DNA of 54,426 bases, taken from a virus (lineage: Duplodnaviria; Caudoviricetes). The position numbers and the translations under genes are program-made. The first letter of the stretch is position 1. Each line of letters begins with the position of its first letter. Below the pieces are notes generated by a model. The model searched no databases. It was not told where the DNA came from and saw only the letters and a program-made list of their open reading frames with translations. The stretch spans positions 1-54,426 of the IMG/VR virus record IMGVR_UViG_3300042564_004473. One strand, written 5' to 3'. This document shows, one piece after another, positions 1 through 7,884 of the stretch.

Positions 1-268
1 CAATAGATTCCATATCGATTGAGGTGTTGCAAGTACGTTTCACCCCATTTTGAACAATGTCTTCTAATAGATGAGGTGAACAAGTTGTTTTCTCGGGTAA
101 GGTATTCTTTACCCCATTTTGAATGGCATCTTCAATTAGTTTTCCCCTTTGAAAATGTAATTTACAGGTGTTTCTCACCCCATTTTGAATGGTATCTTCA
201 ACTGAATTTAAATAATATAAAGAGTGTTTATTGGTGCGTTTAACCCCATTTTGAATGGTATCTTCAAC
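1..268. repeat. CRISPR-like array of four 36-nt repeats with unique 30-33 nt spacers, in frame within the 1..487 CDS
   Basis: Repeats at 32-67, 101-136, 167-202, 233-268 (core ACCCCATTTTGAATGGTATCTTCAAC); spacers 33, 30, 30 nt plus a probable 30-nt spacer at 2-31. Confidence 0.9.
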
Positions 269-487
269 CCATTTGGTGATATATCGTTGATTTTCAATAA
301 CATCCAACGAAAAGAAACTAAAAATAGAATTAAAAAAATTATAATTATACCATAATGTCCCATCTTTTGTTAATTCAATTACCCATTTTTTTTCATCGGT
401 AAATATTAACCAAGTGGAACCATTGTGTTGATATGTATCAACACCTTTAATGTTTTGCCCTATAAATTTAAGAATAATATTTTCCAT
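1..487 (-). CDS. Repeat protein (3'-partial): 73-aa unique N-terminus, then VEDTIQNGVKxT repeats separated by 10-11 variable residues
   Basis: Hand-translated from ATG at 487 with no stop before the window edge: MENIILKFIGQNIKGVDTYQHNGSTWLIFTDEKKWVIELTKDGTLWYNYNFF...ITKW VEDTIQNGVKRT NKHSLYYLNS VEDTIQNGVRNT CKLHFQRGKL IEDAIQNGVKNT LPEKTTCSPHL LEDIVQNGVKRT CNTSIDMESI; TATATTTG at 499-492. Not in ORF track because it has no stop in the window. Confidence 0.85.
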   Translation of the reverse strand, partial: MENIILKFIGQNIKGVDTYQHNGSTWLIFTDEKKWVIELTKDGTLWYNYNFFNSIFSFFSLDVIENQRYITKWVEDTIQNGVKRTNKHSLYYLNSVEDTIQNGVRNTCKLHFQRGKLIEDAIQNGVKNTLPEKTTCSPHLLEDIVQNGVKRTCNTSIDMESI

Positions 488-491
488 AGAG

Positions 492-499
492 CAAATATA
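492..499 (-). promoter_or_regulatory. Bacteroidota sigma-A type -7 element (TAnnTTTG)
   Basis: TATATTTG on minus strand, 4 nt before ATG at 487; same motif at 13049, 15494, 26631, 28775, 29443, 45054, 50492, 50976, 52491. Confidence 0.7.
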
Positions 500-540
500 T
501 AATTTTATTTTAAAAAAACAAAATATCGTCTAATCATATA

Positions 541-567
541 GTTTACAGTTTACAGTTTACTGTAAAC
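541..567. repeat. Short tandem plus inverted heptamer
   Basis: GTTTACA GTTTACA GTTTAC TGTAAAC between divergent genes. Confidence 0.7.
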
Positions 568-571
568 AAAC

Positions 572-579
572 ATATTTAT
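572..579 (+). promoter_or_regulatory. Phage-specific (putative late) promoter motif ATATTTAT
   Basis: Recurs just upstream of starts: 572, 2408, 3466, 4731, 7819, 19565, 27065, 30203, 31117, 33471, 47557, 52938 and on the minus strand (e.g. 19531-19524). Confidence 0.7.
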
Positions 580-583
580 AAGT

Positions 584-1105
584 ATGTTTAATTACATCTC
601 ACAAATATTAAAAAACTTTACTTCAAGTCAAAGAATTTTGGCGTTGTTAATATTAGTTACATCAATCGTAACGATAACCCTTGGACCTTCGTTCATTAAT
701 TCTAATACAAATACGTGTGATGAATTAACCATAAGACTTAAAAGTCAAGAACAACAGATTATTGAATTAAATCAGAGAGTTAACGAACTTAATTCCCAAC
801 TATTAACCGGACAAAAAGAATGTACCGATAATCTAATTTCAAAACAAAAAGAAATTATGGACATTGTTAATGGTATGATTAAAGATGCTGAGAGTTCAAA
901 TAAACAAACAATAGTTAAAACGAACGAAACTCGTAAGACGACTATGAAAATAATGGATGATGGAAATCAGTCAACAGGTGAAGTATCATCAATGATGATT
1001 AAAGAACCAGAGACTAAAGTTATTATTGTTAAGGATAACACCGAAATGATTAAAAAACTTAAAACAATGAAATGTAATATACAAAACAACTTTAAAACAA
1101 AATAG
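584..1105 (+). CDS. Membrane-anchored coiled-coil protein
   Basis: TM segment ILALLILVTSIVTITLG then heptad Q/E/L-rich region. Confidence 0.75.
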   Translation: MFNYISQILKNFTSSQRILALLILVTSIVTITLGPSFINSNTNTCDELTIRLKSQEQQIIELNQRVNELNSQLLTGQKECTDNLISKQKEIMDIVNGMIKDAESSNKQTIVKTNETRKTTMKIMDDGNQSTGEVSSMMIKEPETKVIIVKDNTEMIKKLKTMKCNIQNNFKTK

Positions 1106-1109
1106 TAGA

Positions 1110-2393
1110 ATGAAAATATTAATTAAAGAATCTCAATACAAAGTATTATTGGAACAAGGTTTTGAAATGATGGAACCATCACCAATAACTAAAGCTTATA
1201 ATGAAATTATTAGTGGTGCCAAGTATTGGATGGGAACAGATAAAACTAAAATACTTAAAGCATTTGATTATATTAAAAATGTACAAGATTTTAAAACATT
1301 GATTTCAATGTTTAAAGATAAAAGAACGGGATATGGAAGTTTTGAAGAAATGATAAACAAGGAATATGATAGGCTAGACTTTAAGGATATTATAAAACTT
1401 AAAGATAAATTATATTCAATTGGAGTTATTCTTAATTTTATTTCTGGTAAAAATATTGCTGGAAATCCAATTTTTTTAGAAGGTGTCAAAATATCCTATG
1501 TTAATAAAACACCTATTAAATCTTTACAACTAGTTCCAAAGGAGTGTAGTTCTAAATGGCAGCCTCAATTAGAGAAAGCAAAAAATTATTGGATTCAATG
1601 GTTATCAAGTCCAATCACCAAAAATAAATTTTTGAATAATTGGAAAAAGGTTGAAAAAAATATGACTTCGGCTGAAGTTGAAAATATATTTAAAAAATAT
1701 ATAGATTCGTTGAGGGTTTTAAAATTATATTATTTTGATTCTAAATTAATTCCGACAGAATCTAATTCCTACGCATTTGTTATTAAAAGTAATCCTGATA
1801 AAATTTTTGTGAATTGTTCTCAAAATGACCCAGACCCTTATGGAACTTTAATTCACGAGATACAACATCTGTTATATGAAATAAAACCATTAAATCCTGA
1901 GGTTCAAATTGCAAATGTTTTTGTGAATTCAAATACTAAAAAGTCAACAATTGAAACTTTTTTTGATTTTAAAAAAAATCCTAAACAAAAAACTTTTTCT
2001 TATGATAAAAAACTTTTTAACCCAAATGAAATAGCTAAACTTAATTCTACAAGTACACAAATTGGTGTTCCATTTGAATCTTTACAATATATATTAAATA
2101 ATTCGAAATATCACGAAAAGAGAAAACCAGGATATGCCTGTAGTGAAACTGAAAAAATGTCTAATATTATGTCGGTTAGAAATTTATTTGGTGTAAAACC
2201 TGGGCAAAATATAACTAAAGAAATGTTATTACCGTATATTAAAGAGGAAAAAAACAATGACGATGTTTCTTGGGTGTTAGCTTGTTGGGCGTTAAGAGGT
2301 TTTCCTGATTTGAGTGAAATGTTAAATAAAATAAATGACTTGGCTTACCAAAACGCAAACCAAAATAACAACAGTAGTACTCGAACGGTGTAA
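1110..2393 (+). CDS. HEXXH zinc-metallopeptidase-like protein with leader and annexin-like repeat (paralog 1)
   Basis: TLIHEIQH, downstream E (ETEKMS); WMGTDKTKI..YGSFEEMI segment; leader MKILIKESQY..LLEQ. Confidence 0.7.
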   Translation: MKILIKESQYKVLLEQGFEMMEPSPITKAYNEIISGAKYWMGTDKTKILKAFDYIKNVQDFKTLISMFKDKRTGYGSFEEMINKEYDRLDFKDIIKLKDKLYSIGVILNFISGKNIAGNPIFLEGVKISYVNKTPIKSLQLVPKECSSKWQPQLEKAKNYWIQWLSSPITKNKFLNNWKKVEKNMTSAEVENIFKKYIDSLRVLKLYYFDSKLIPTESNSYAFVIKSNPDKIFVNCSQNDPDPYGTLIHEIQHLLYEIKPLNPEVQIANVFVNSNTKKSTIETFFDFKKNPKQKTFSYDKKLFNPNEIAKLNSTSTQIGVPFESLQYILNNSKYHEKRKPGYACSETEKMSNIMSVRNLFGVKPGQNITKEMLLPYIKEEKNNDDVSWVLACWALRGFPDLSEMLNKINDLAYQNANQNNNSSTRTV

Positions 2394-2430
2394 TTTAATT
2401 TTATATTATATTTATTATTAATGAAAAAAA
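2388..2430 (+). repeat. 43-bp direct repeat (gene end, promoter, start of next gene); copies at 3446-3488 and 4711-4753
   Basis: GTGTAATTTAATTTTATATTATATTTATTATTAATGAAAAAAA identical three times. Confidence 0.9.
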
Positions 2431-2443
2431 CCAAATAAAAAAT

Positions 2444-3451
2444 ATGAAAAATTTGTTTAACAATATTTCTCAAGAAGAAAAAAATAGAATTCTTGAAATG
2501 CACTCAAGTAAAAAAAGTGTAATATCTGAACAAAAAAATCCATTTCCATTACTAACTCCTAAAACATACACACCTCATAAATATTTACAACAAGTTCCAA
2601 AGGAGTGTAGTTCTAAATGGCAACCTTTGTTAGATAAAGCTAAAAACTATTGGATTCAATGGTTATCAAGTCCAATTACCAGAATTAAATTTTTAATTAA
2701 TTGGCAAAAAGTTGAAAAAAATATGACTTTGGCTGAAGTTGGAAATATTTTTAAAAAATATATAGATTCGTTGAAGGTTTTAAAATTATATTATTATAAT
2801 TCTAAATTAATGCCGGAAAATGCGGATGCCTTTGCATTTGTTGATAAATTTGAACCTGAAAAAATTTTTGTGAATTGTTCTCAAAATGATGAAGACCCTT
2901 ATGGTACTTTAATTCACGAGATACAACATATGTTATATAACATAAAACCATTAAATCCCGATGTTCAAATTGGAAATGTTTTTGTGGATTCAAATACTAA
3001 AAAATCAACACCTAAAACTTTTTTTGATTTTAAAGAAAATCCTAAACAAAAAACTTTTTTTTATGATAAAGAACTTTTTAACCCAATTGAAATAGCTAAA
3101 CTTAATTCTACAAGTAATCAAATTGGTGTCCCATCTGAATCTTTACAAAAAATATTACGTAAAGCGAAAAATAAAGAAAAGGAAAAACCTGGATATGTCT
3201 GTAGAAAAACTGAAAAAATGTCTAATATTATGTCGGTTAGAAATTTATTTGGTGTAAAATCTGGACAAAATATAACTAAAGAAATGGTATTACCGTATAT
3301 TAAAGGAGAGAAAAAGCATACCGATGTTGATTGGATATTATATTGTTGGGCGTTAAGTGGTTTTTCTGATTTGAACGGTATGTTAAATAAAATAAATGAC
3401 TTGGCTTACCAAAAAACAAACCAAAATAACAGTAGTACTCGAACGGTGTAA
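2444..3451 (+). CDS. HEXXH metallopeptidase-like protein (paralog 2; different leader, no annexin-like part)
   Basis: TLIHEIQH; closely similar to 1110 from QQVPKECSSKW onward; leader NISQEEKNRILEMH. Confidence 0.7.
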   Translation: MKNLFNNISQEEKNRILEMHSSKKSVISEQKNPFPLLTPKTYTPHKYLQQVPKECSSKWQPLLDKAKNYWIQWLSSPITRIKFLINWQKVEKNMTLAEVGNIFKKYIDSLKVLKLYYYNSKLMPENADAFAFVDKFEPEKIFVNCSQNDEDPYGTLIHEIQHMLYNIKPLNPDVQIGNVFVDSNTKKSTPKTFFDFKENPKQKTFFYDKELFNPIEIAKLNSTSNQIGVPSESLQKILRKAKNKEKEKPGYVCRKTEKMSNIMSVRNLFGVKSGQNITKEMVLPYIKGEKKHTDVDWILYCWALSGFSDLNGMLNKINDLAYQKTNQNNSSTRTV

Positions 3452-3498
3452 TTTAATTTTATATTATATTTATTATTAATGAAAAAAATGCTAATAGA

Positions 3499-4716
3499 AT
3501 GAAAATATTAATTAAAGAATCTCAATACAAAGTATTATTGGAACAAAGTAATTCAAATATACAAAAAGCCTATAATGAAATAGTTGCTGGAGCCAAGTAT
3601 TGGATGGGAACAGATAAAACTAAAATACTTAAATCGTTTGACTATATTAAAAATAAACGAGATTTTGAGACATTGAAATCAATGTTTAAAGATAGAAGAA
3701 CGGGATATGGAAGTTTTGAGGAAATGATAAAAAAGGAATATGATGTACTTGACGTTAATGATATTGAGAAACTTAAAACTAAATTAAATTCAATCGGTGT
3801 TAATTTTAATTATGTTTCTAATTATCATTCTATGTTGACTAATAATTTTCTCATTGGGGAACCGTATTTAGCTCCAAAGGAGTGTAGTTCTAAATGGCAA
3901 TCTCAGTTAGAGAAAGCAAAAAATTATTGGATTCAATGGTTATCAAATCCAATTACCAAAAGTAAATTTTTGAATAATTGGAAAAAGGTTGAAAAAAATA
4001 TGACTTCGGCTAAAGTTGAAAATATATTTAAAAAATATATAGATTCGTTGAAGGTTTTAAAATTATATTATTATGATAATAAATCTGAATCGGACCCACT
4101 TCTAAAAGACTCTTACGCTTATGTAAATGAAAGTAATCCTGATAAAATTTTTGTAAATTGTTCTAAAAATGACAGAGACCCTTATGGAACTTTAATTCAC
4201 GAGATACAACATATGTTATATGATATAAAACCATTAAATCCTGAGGTTCAAATTGCAAATGTTTTTGTGAATTCAAATACTAAAAAGTCAACAATTGAAA
4301 CTTTTTTTGATTTTTTTAAAACTTCAAATCAACAAAGTAATCAATCAATGGAATTACGTAATATTGAAATTAATAGTAAAAAAGTTGGAACTACAAGTGA
4401 TACTTTGAAGTCGTTATTACGTAAAGCCAAATTTAAAGAAAATAAAGACCCCGGATATGTTTGTAGAGAAACTGAAAAAATGTCTAATATTATGTCGGTT
4501 AGAAATTTATTTGGTGTAAAATCTGGACAAAATATAACTCAAGAAATGGTGTTACCGTATATTAAAGGAGAGAAAAACCATACCGATGTTAGCTGGGTGT
4601 TATTTTGTTGGGCGTTAAAAGGTTTTCCTGATTTGAACGGTATGTTAAATAAAATGAATCAATTGGCGTACCAAAAAACAAACCAAAATAACAACAGTAA
4701 TACTCGAAAGGTGTAA
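3499..4716 (+). CDS. HEXXH metallopeptidase-like protein with annexin-like repeat (paralog 3)
   Basis: TLIHEIQH; same leader as 1110. Confidence 0.7.
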   Translation: MKILIKESQYKVLLEQSNSNIQKAYNEIVAGAKYWMGTDKTKILKSFDYIKNKRDFETLKSMFKDRRTGYGSFEEMIKKEYDVLDVNDIEKLKTKLNSIGVNFNYVSNYHSMLTNNFLIGEPYLAPKECSSKWQSQLEKAKNYWIQWLSNPITKSKFLNNWKKVEKNMTSAKVENIFKKYIDSLKVLKLYYYDNKSESDPLLKDSYAYVNESNPDKIFVNCSKNDRDPYGTLIHEIQHMLYDIKPLNPEVQIANVFVNSNTKKSTIETFFDFFKTSNQQSNQSMELRNIEINSKKVGTTSDTLKSLLRKAKFKENKDPGYVCRETEKMSNIMSVRNLFGVKSGQNITQEMVLPYIKGEKNHTDVSWVLFCWALKGFPDLNGMLNKMNQLAYQKTNQNNNSNTRKV

Positions 4717-4743
4717 TTTAATTTTATATTATATTTATTATTA

Positions 4744-5481
4744 ATGAAAAAAATGCTAATAGAATCTAATATTTCAAATTTTATAAAAGATAAATTGGGT
4801 GTCGATTTATCTGACAGGATTCATATGGTGACAAACCAATATGAGTTACCTATGGAATTCGATTGGATTATTTCGTCAAAAGCTCTAAACCAATATTTGA
4901 ACCGATATGGACCTATGTATGTTTTTGAAGGAAAAAAAAATACGTATTTGGGACAACCTAGAAAAAATAAATGGTTTGTTGTCGATAAACAAGATTATGA
5001 GGTTTCTGAATTTGATGTTATGAAAGATTTGGGTATTGAAATGCTTGGATTATCGTTAAACGATTTAGTGTCTGAATATATAAATGAAACAAATAAAAAA
5101 AGTATGAATTACGTAATAACAGAATCACAATTAGAAAGATTATCCCAAGAAATTGAGTTAGCCGATAATTTTTATGGTTCAGTTGAAGAAACCAATTTTG
5201 TTGTTGGTGACTTACTAACTGAAGCGGAATATAAAGGACGTAAAGTTAAACTTGGAAAAATAATGCAAGGAGACGTGAAGAAATTTAAAGTTTACGTTAA
5301 AAACGATAAAGGAAACGTAGTTAAAGTTAATTTTGGGTTTGGTGGTAAATCCGCTCACGGTAAACGAATGGTTATTAAGAAAAATAATCCTGCAAGAAGA
5401 AAATCTTTCAGAGCTCGTCATCATTGTGAAAATCCTGGACCTAGATGGAAAGCTCGATATTGGGCTTGTAAAACTTGGTAA
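4744..5481 (+). CDS. Phage protein with C-terminal basic DUF6321-like domain
   Basis: RKSFRARHHC..KARYWACKTW; internal second leader-like MNYVITESQL. Confidence 0.65.
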   Translation: MKKMLIESNISNFIKDKLGVDLSDRIHMVTNQYELPMEFDWIISSKALNQYLNRYGPMYVFEGKKNTYLGQPRKNKWFVVDKQDYEVSEFDVMKDLGIEMLGLSLNDLVSEYINETNKKSMNYVITESQLERLSQEIELADNFYGSVEETNFVVGDLLTEAEYKGRKVKLGKIMQGDVKKFKVYVKNDKGNVVKVNFGFGGKSAHGKRMVIKKNNPARRKSFRARHHCENPGPRWKARYWACKTW

Positions 5482-5488
5482 AAAATTT

Positions 5489-5515
5489 AAATCCCCAAAC
5501 ATAGGGGATTTTTTA
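5489..5515 (+). terminator. Intrinsic terminator
   Basis: AAATCCCC/GGGGATTT stem plus T tract. Confidence 0.75.
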
Positions 5516-5556
5516 TTTTTATCAGTATTTTTTCAGTTACTAACTATTTATTTAAG

Positions 5557-6399
5557 ATGGAAATAATTATAAATGAAAGTCAATACGGTAAAATAATTTA
5601 TGAAAATGTTAATCTAAGAGATTACTATACTGAAGATTTTGTCGAAGTTTTTTATGAAAAATTTCGTCCTTGGATTAGAATAAATCACGGGGATGAAGTA
5701 GGTAAATATCCAATGTCTTTTTTAATTAAAAAATATGCAAAAGATTTTGCCAAATCGGTGAAATACAGAGATTACATTGGAGATAATTTCACTCCGTTAA
5801 CTTTAATGGATAAATTAGGTCAACACATTGTTCTACAAGGACATATTCTTCCAACACTTAGTAAAGATTTTAAATTTACTGAAAAATATAAACTTGGTAT
5901 TGAAAAATTAGTTAATAGTTTAAACTTACCTTCGTTCGCAACAATTAGATTTGAAGAGTCGACACCCTTTAATGTCTATTGTTTTATGGATATTGATTTT
6001 TTCAAATACATTACTTCTGATTTAAATCGGGAGTCATTTACTCAGTTAGTAAATTCTAGACATATATTAGTGGATTATTTTGAAAAATTTATGGGAGTTA
6101 ATTTTGGAGACTCAATACACGGTGATTTAGAAATAGATTATAATACCCCACCAATTATGATTGGAGAAGATGAGTGGGTTCATTATTTTTTAAATAAAAA
6201 AATTAAAAAAGAAATTAAGTCACTTCCTAAGTCTCACAACTTATTTTCTGTAAAATATTCTAGAAGAGGATTCAACCCAATAATAAAATTAACTTTTAGA
6301 CGAAATACTAGATGGACTGATGAAAGCGAATTTATTAAAAACGTTAAAAATTATCTATCGGAGAATGGTTATAATTTGAATCTACTTGGAATTCATTAA
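5557..6399 (+). CDS. Hypothetical protein with INESQY leader
   Basis: 280-aa ORF, MEIIINESQY. Confidence 0.75.
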   Translation: MEIIINESQYGKIIYENVNLRDYYTEDFVEVFYEKFRPWIRINHGDEVGKYPMSFLIKKYAKDFAKSVKYRDYIGDNFTPLTLMDKLGQHIVLQGHILPTLSKDFKFTEKYKLGIEKLVNSLNLPSFATIRFEESTPFNVYCFMDIDFFKYITSDLNRESFTQLVNSRHILVDYFEKFMGVNFGDSIHGDLEIDYNTPPIMIGEDEWVHYFLNKKIKKEIKSLPKSHNLFSVKYSRRGFNPIIKLTFRRNTRWTDESEFIKNVKNYLSENGYNLNLLGIH

Positions 6400-6442
6400 A
6401 ATAATATTCACTTAACTATTTTATAAATTATTATTAATAATT

Positions 6443-6628
6443 ATGAACGATACAGAAAAATCAAATTTATACTCACATTTATTAGCACAATACGATAAAT
6501 TGGACAATCAAATCTCATCAATCAAAGGTGAAGATATTAATCTTAATGAATCTCAAGAATCTCGTATTAGAGATTTACAGATTAAAAAAGGACAAATTAT
6601 GTCCCAATTACAACAATTAATGAGATAA
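6443..6628 (+). CDS. Small coiled-coil hypothetical protein
   Basis: 61-aa ORF filling the gap, helical Q/L pattern. Confidence 0.6.
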   Translation: MNDTEKSNLYSHLLAQYDKLDNQISSIKGEDINLNESQESRIRDLQIKKGQIMSQLQQLMR

Positions 6629-6698
6629 TTTAATTAGTAAGGAAACCGCAATAATTTGGAGTTTTTTTGTTTTAAAAGTATTTATAATAAAAAATATT

Positions 6699-6824
6699 AT
6701 GAAAAAAATATTATCAACTTTATTATTAGTAACTTTTATGTTTTCGTCTTGTGTTATAGTTGTAAAACCAAGAAAACATTACAGACATCATCGTCCTTAC
6801 AATAATCTTGGATGTAGAAAATAA
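6699..6824 (+). CDS. 41-aa putative lipoprotein micro-protein
   Basis: Hand-translated MKKILSTLLLVTFMFSSCVIVVKPRKHYRHHRPYNNLGCRK; lipobox-like FSSC; GTATTTAT upstream. Confidence 0.6.
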   Translation: MKKILSTLLLVTFMFSSCVIVVKPRKHYRHHRPYNNLGCRK

Positions 6825-6829
6825 TTACT

Positions 6830-7504
6830 ATGAAATTTTTAATAACGGAAACGCAATATAGTCGATTATTCGAACAACTTGATACTAAATTTGATACTCC
6901 TTACAATAAAGAATTTATGAGAAAATATTCTAAACCTGTATCATTACCCAATTTATCTTTTGATGACACCATTGATGTTATTTCTGGTATGATAGACGGA
7001 ATACCCGGAATTGGTAATGCAATTTCAGCAGGAATTGATGTTACCCATGCGTTATCTTATGGGGTTAGATTTATGTATTCAAATAACGATAATGAGAAAA
7101 TCGAAAATGCTGTTTTGGGTATTGTAACTTTAGGTGCTGCAACAATACCTGTTGCGGGAAATGCGTTACCAGTAATTGCTAGAAGTGGTATTAAAGCAGT
7201 GTTGAAACGAACTCCTGAGGAAATTTTACTTATCGGAAAATCACTTGGACTTTATAAAAAAACAATTTTTCTTTTATCTAAAACTAAATGGAAATACAAT
7301 ATACTTTTAGTGTTAGCGAAGATATGTGGTATGGAAATGTTGGAAACTTTAATAAATGTTGTTAAATATATTAAAGATTTAATTCAAAAAATTACTAATG
7401 TAAGTGTAAAAAAATCATTACAATTATTATTAAGTGTTTTGGATGAAATTTTAACAGACACTGAAAGTATTAAAACTGCAAAAGAAATATCTAAAAAATT
7501 ATAA
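6830..7504 (+). CDS. Leader-bearing protein with Gly-rich hydrophobic hairpin
   Basis: MKFLITETQY..FEQ; DGIPGIGNAISAGID and IPVAG motifs. Confidence 0.7.
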   Translation: MKFLITETQYSRLFEQLDTKFDTPYNKEFMRKYSKPVSLPNLSFDDTIDVISGMIDGIPGIGNAISAGIDVTHALSYGVRFMYSNNDNEKIENAVLGIVTLGAATIPVAGNALPVIARSGIKAVLKRTPEEILLIGKSLGLYKKTIFLLSKTKWKYNILLVLAKICGMEMLETLINVVKYIKDLIQKITNVSVKKSLQLLLSVLDEILTDTESIKTAKEISKKL

Positions 7505-7528
7505 CCCTCCCTTTATTGAGGGTTTTTT
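7503..7528 (+). terminator. Intrinsic terminator
   Basis: AACCCTC/GAGGGTT plus T tract. Confidence 0.7.
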
Positions 7529-7564
7529 GTTTCCTATATAAATTTATTGAATATATTTTTAATA

Positions 7565-7801
7565 ATGAATATAAAAACTGTAGAAAGTATTTTTAAAATT
7601 TTATATCCTGAGTTAAAAATTCAAATAAAATCATTTGAAGAACTTTCACGAAAACAAATGAACGAATCTAACGAATGGGTTGTGGATTCCCCTTCTTATT
7701 TTGTTGGTGTGTTTATTAACGAGTACCCAAGTAAAGCGATAAACATAAGTGAAACAATGAGTTTATACACTGGTTTTGAATTTAATGTGTTTACTGAGTA
7801 A
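7565..7801 (+). CDS. Hypothetical protein
   Basis: ATG at 7565 preferred over TTG at 7547. Confidence 0.6.
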   Translation: MNIKTVESIFKILYPELKIQIKSFEELSRKQMNESNEWVVDSPSYFVGVFINEYPSKAINISETMSLYTGFEFNVFTE

Positions 7802-7828
7802 ATTTTACCTAAAAACAGATATTTATTA

Positions 7829-7860
7829 CTAGTTCTAGCACTAGAGGCTAGTTTAACTAG
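7829..7860. repeat. Cluster of five CTAG palindromes
   Basis: CTAG at 7829, 7835, 7841, 7848, 7857. Confidence 0.8.
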
Positions 7861-7884
7861 ATTAAGTTAAATTAATTATATAAA

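Noticed and set aside
19-243. Plus-strand 74-aa ORF
   Set aside because: Antisense shadow of the minus-strand repeat gene; TTG start, no promoter motif.
1-268. Canonical active CRISPR array
   Set aside because: All four repeats differ in a codon-aware way, the array is in frame with an upstream gene, and no cas gene is in the window. Kept as an open alternative in findings.
1-487. Diversity-generating retroelement target
   Set aside because: No reverse transcriptase or template repeat in the window, and inserts are not adenine-only variants of each other.
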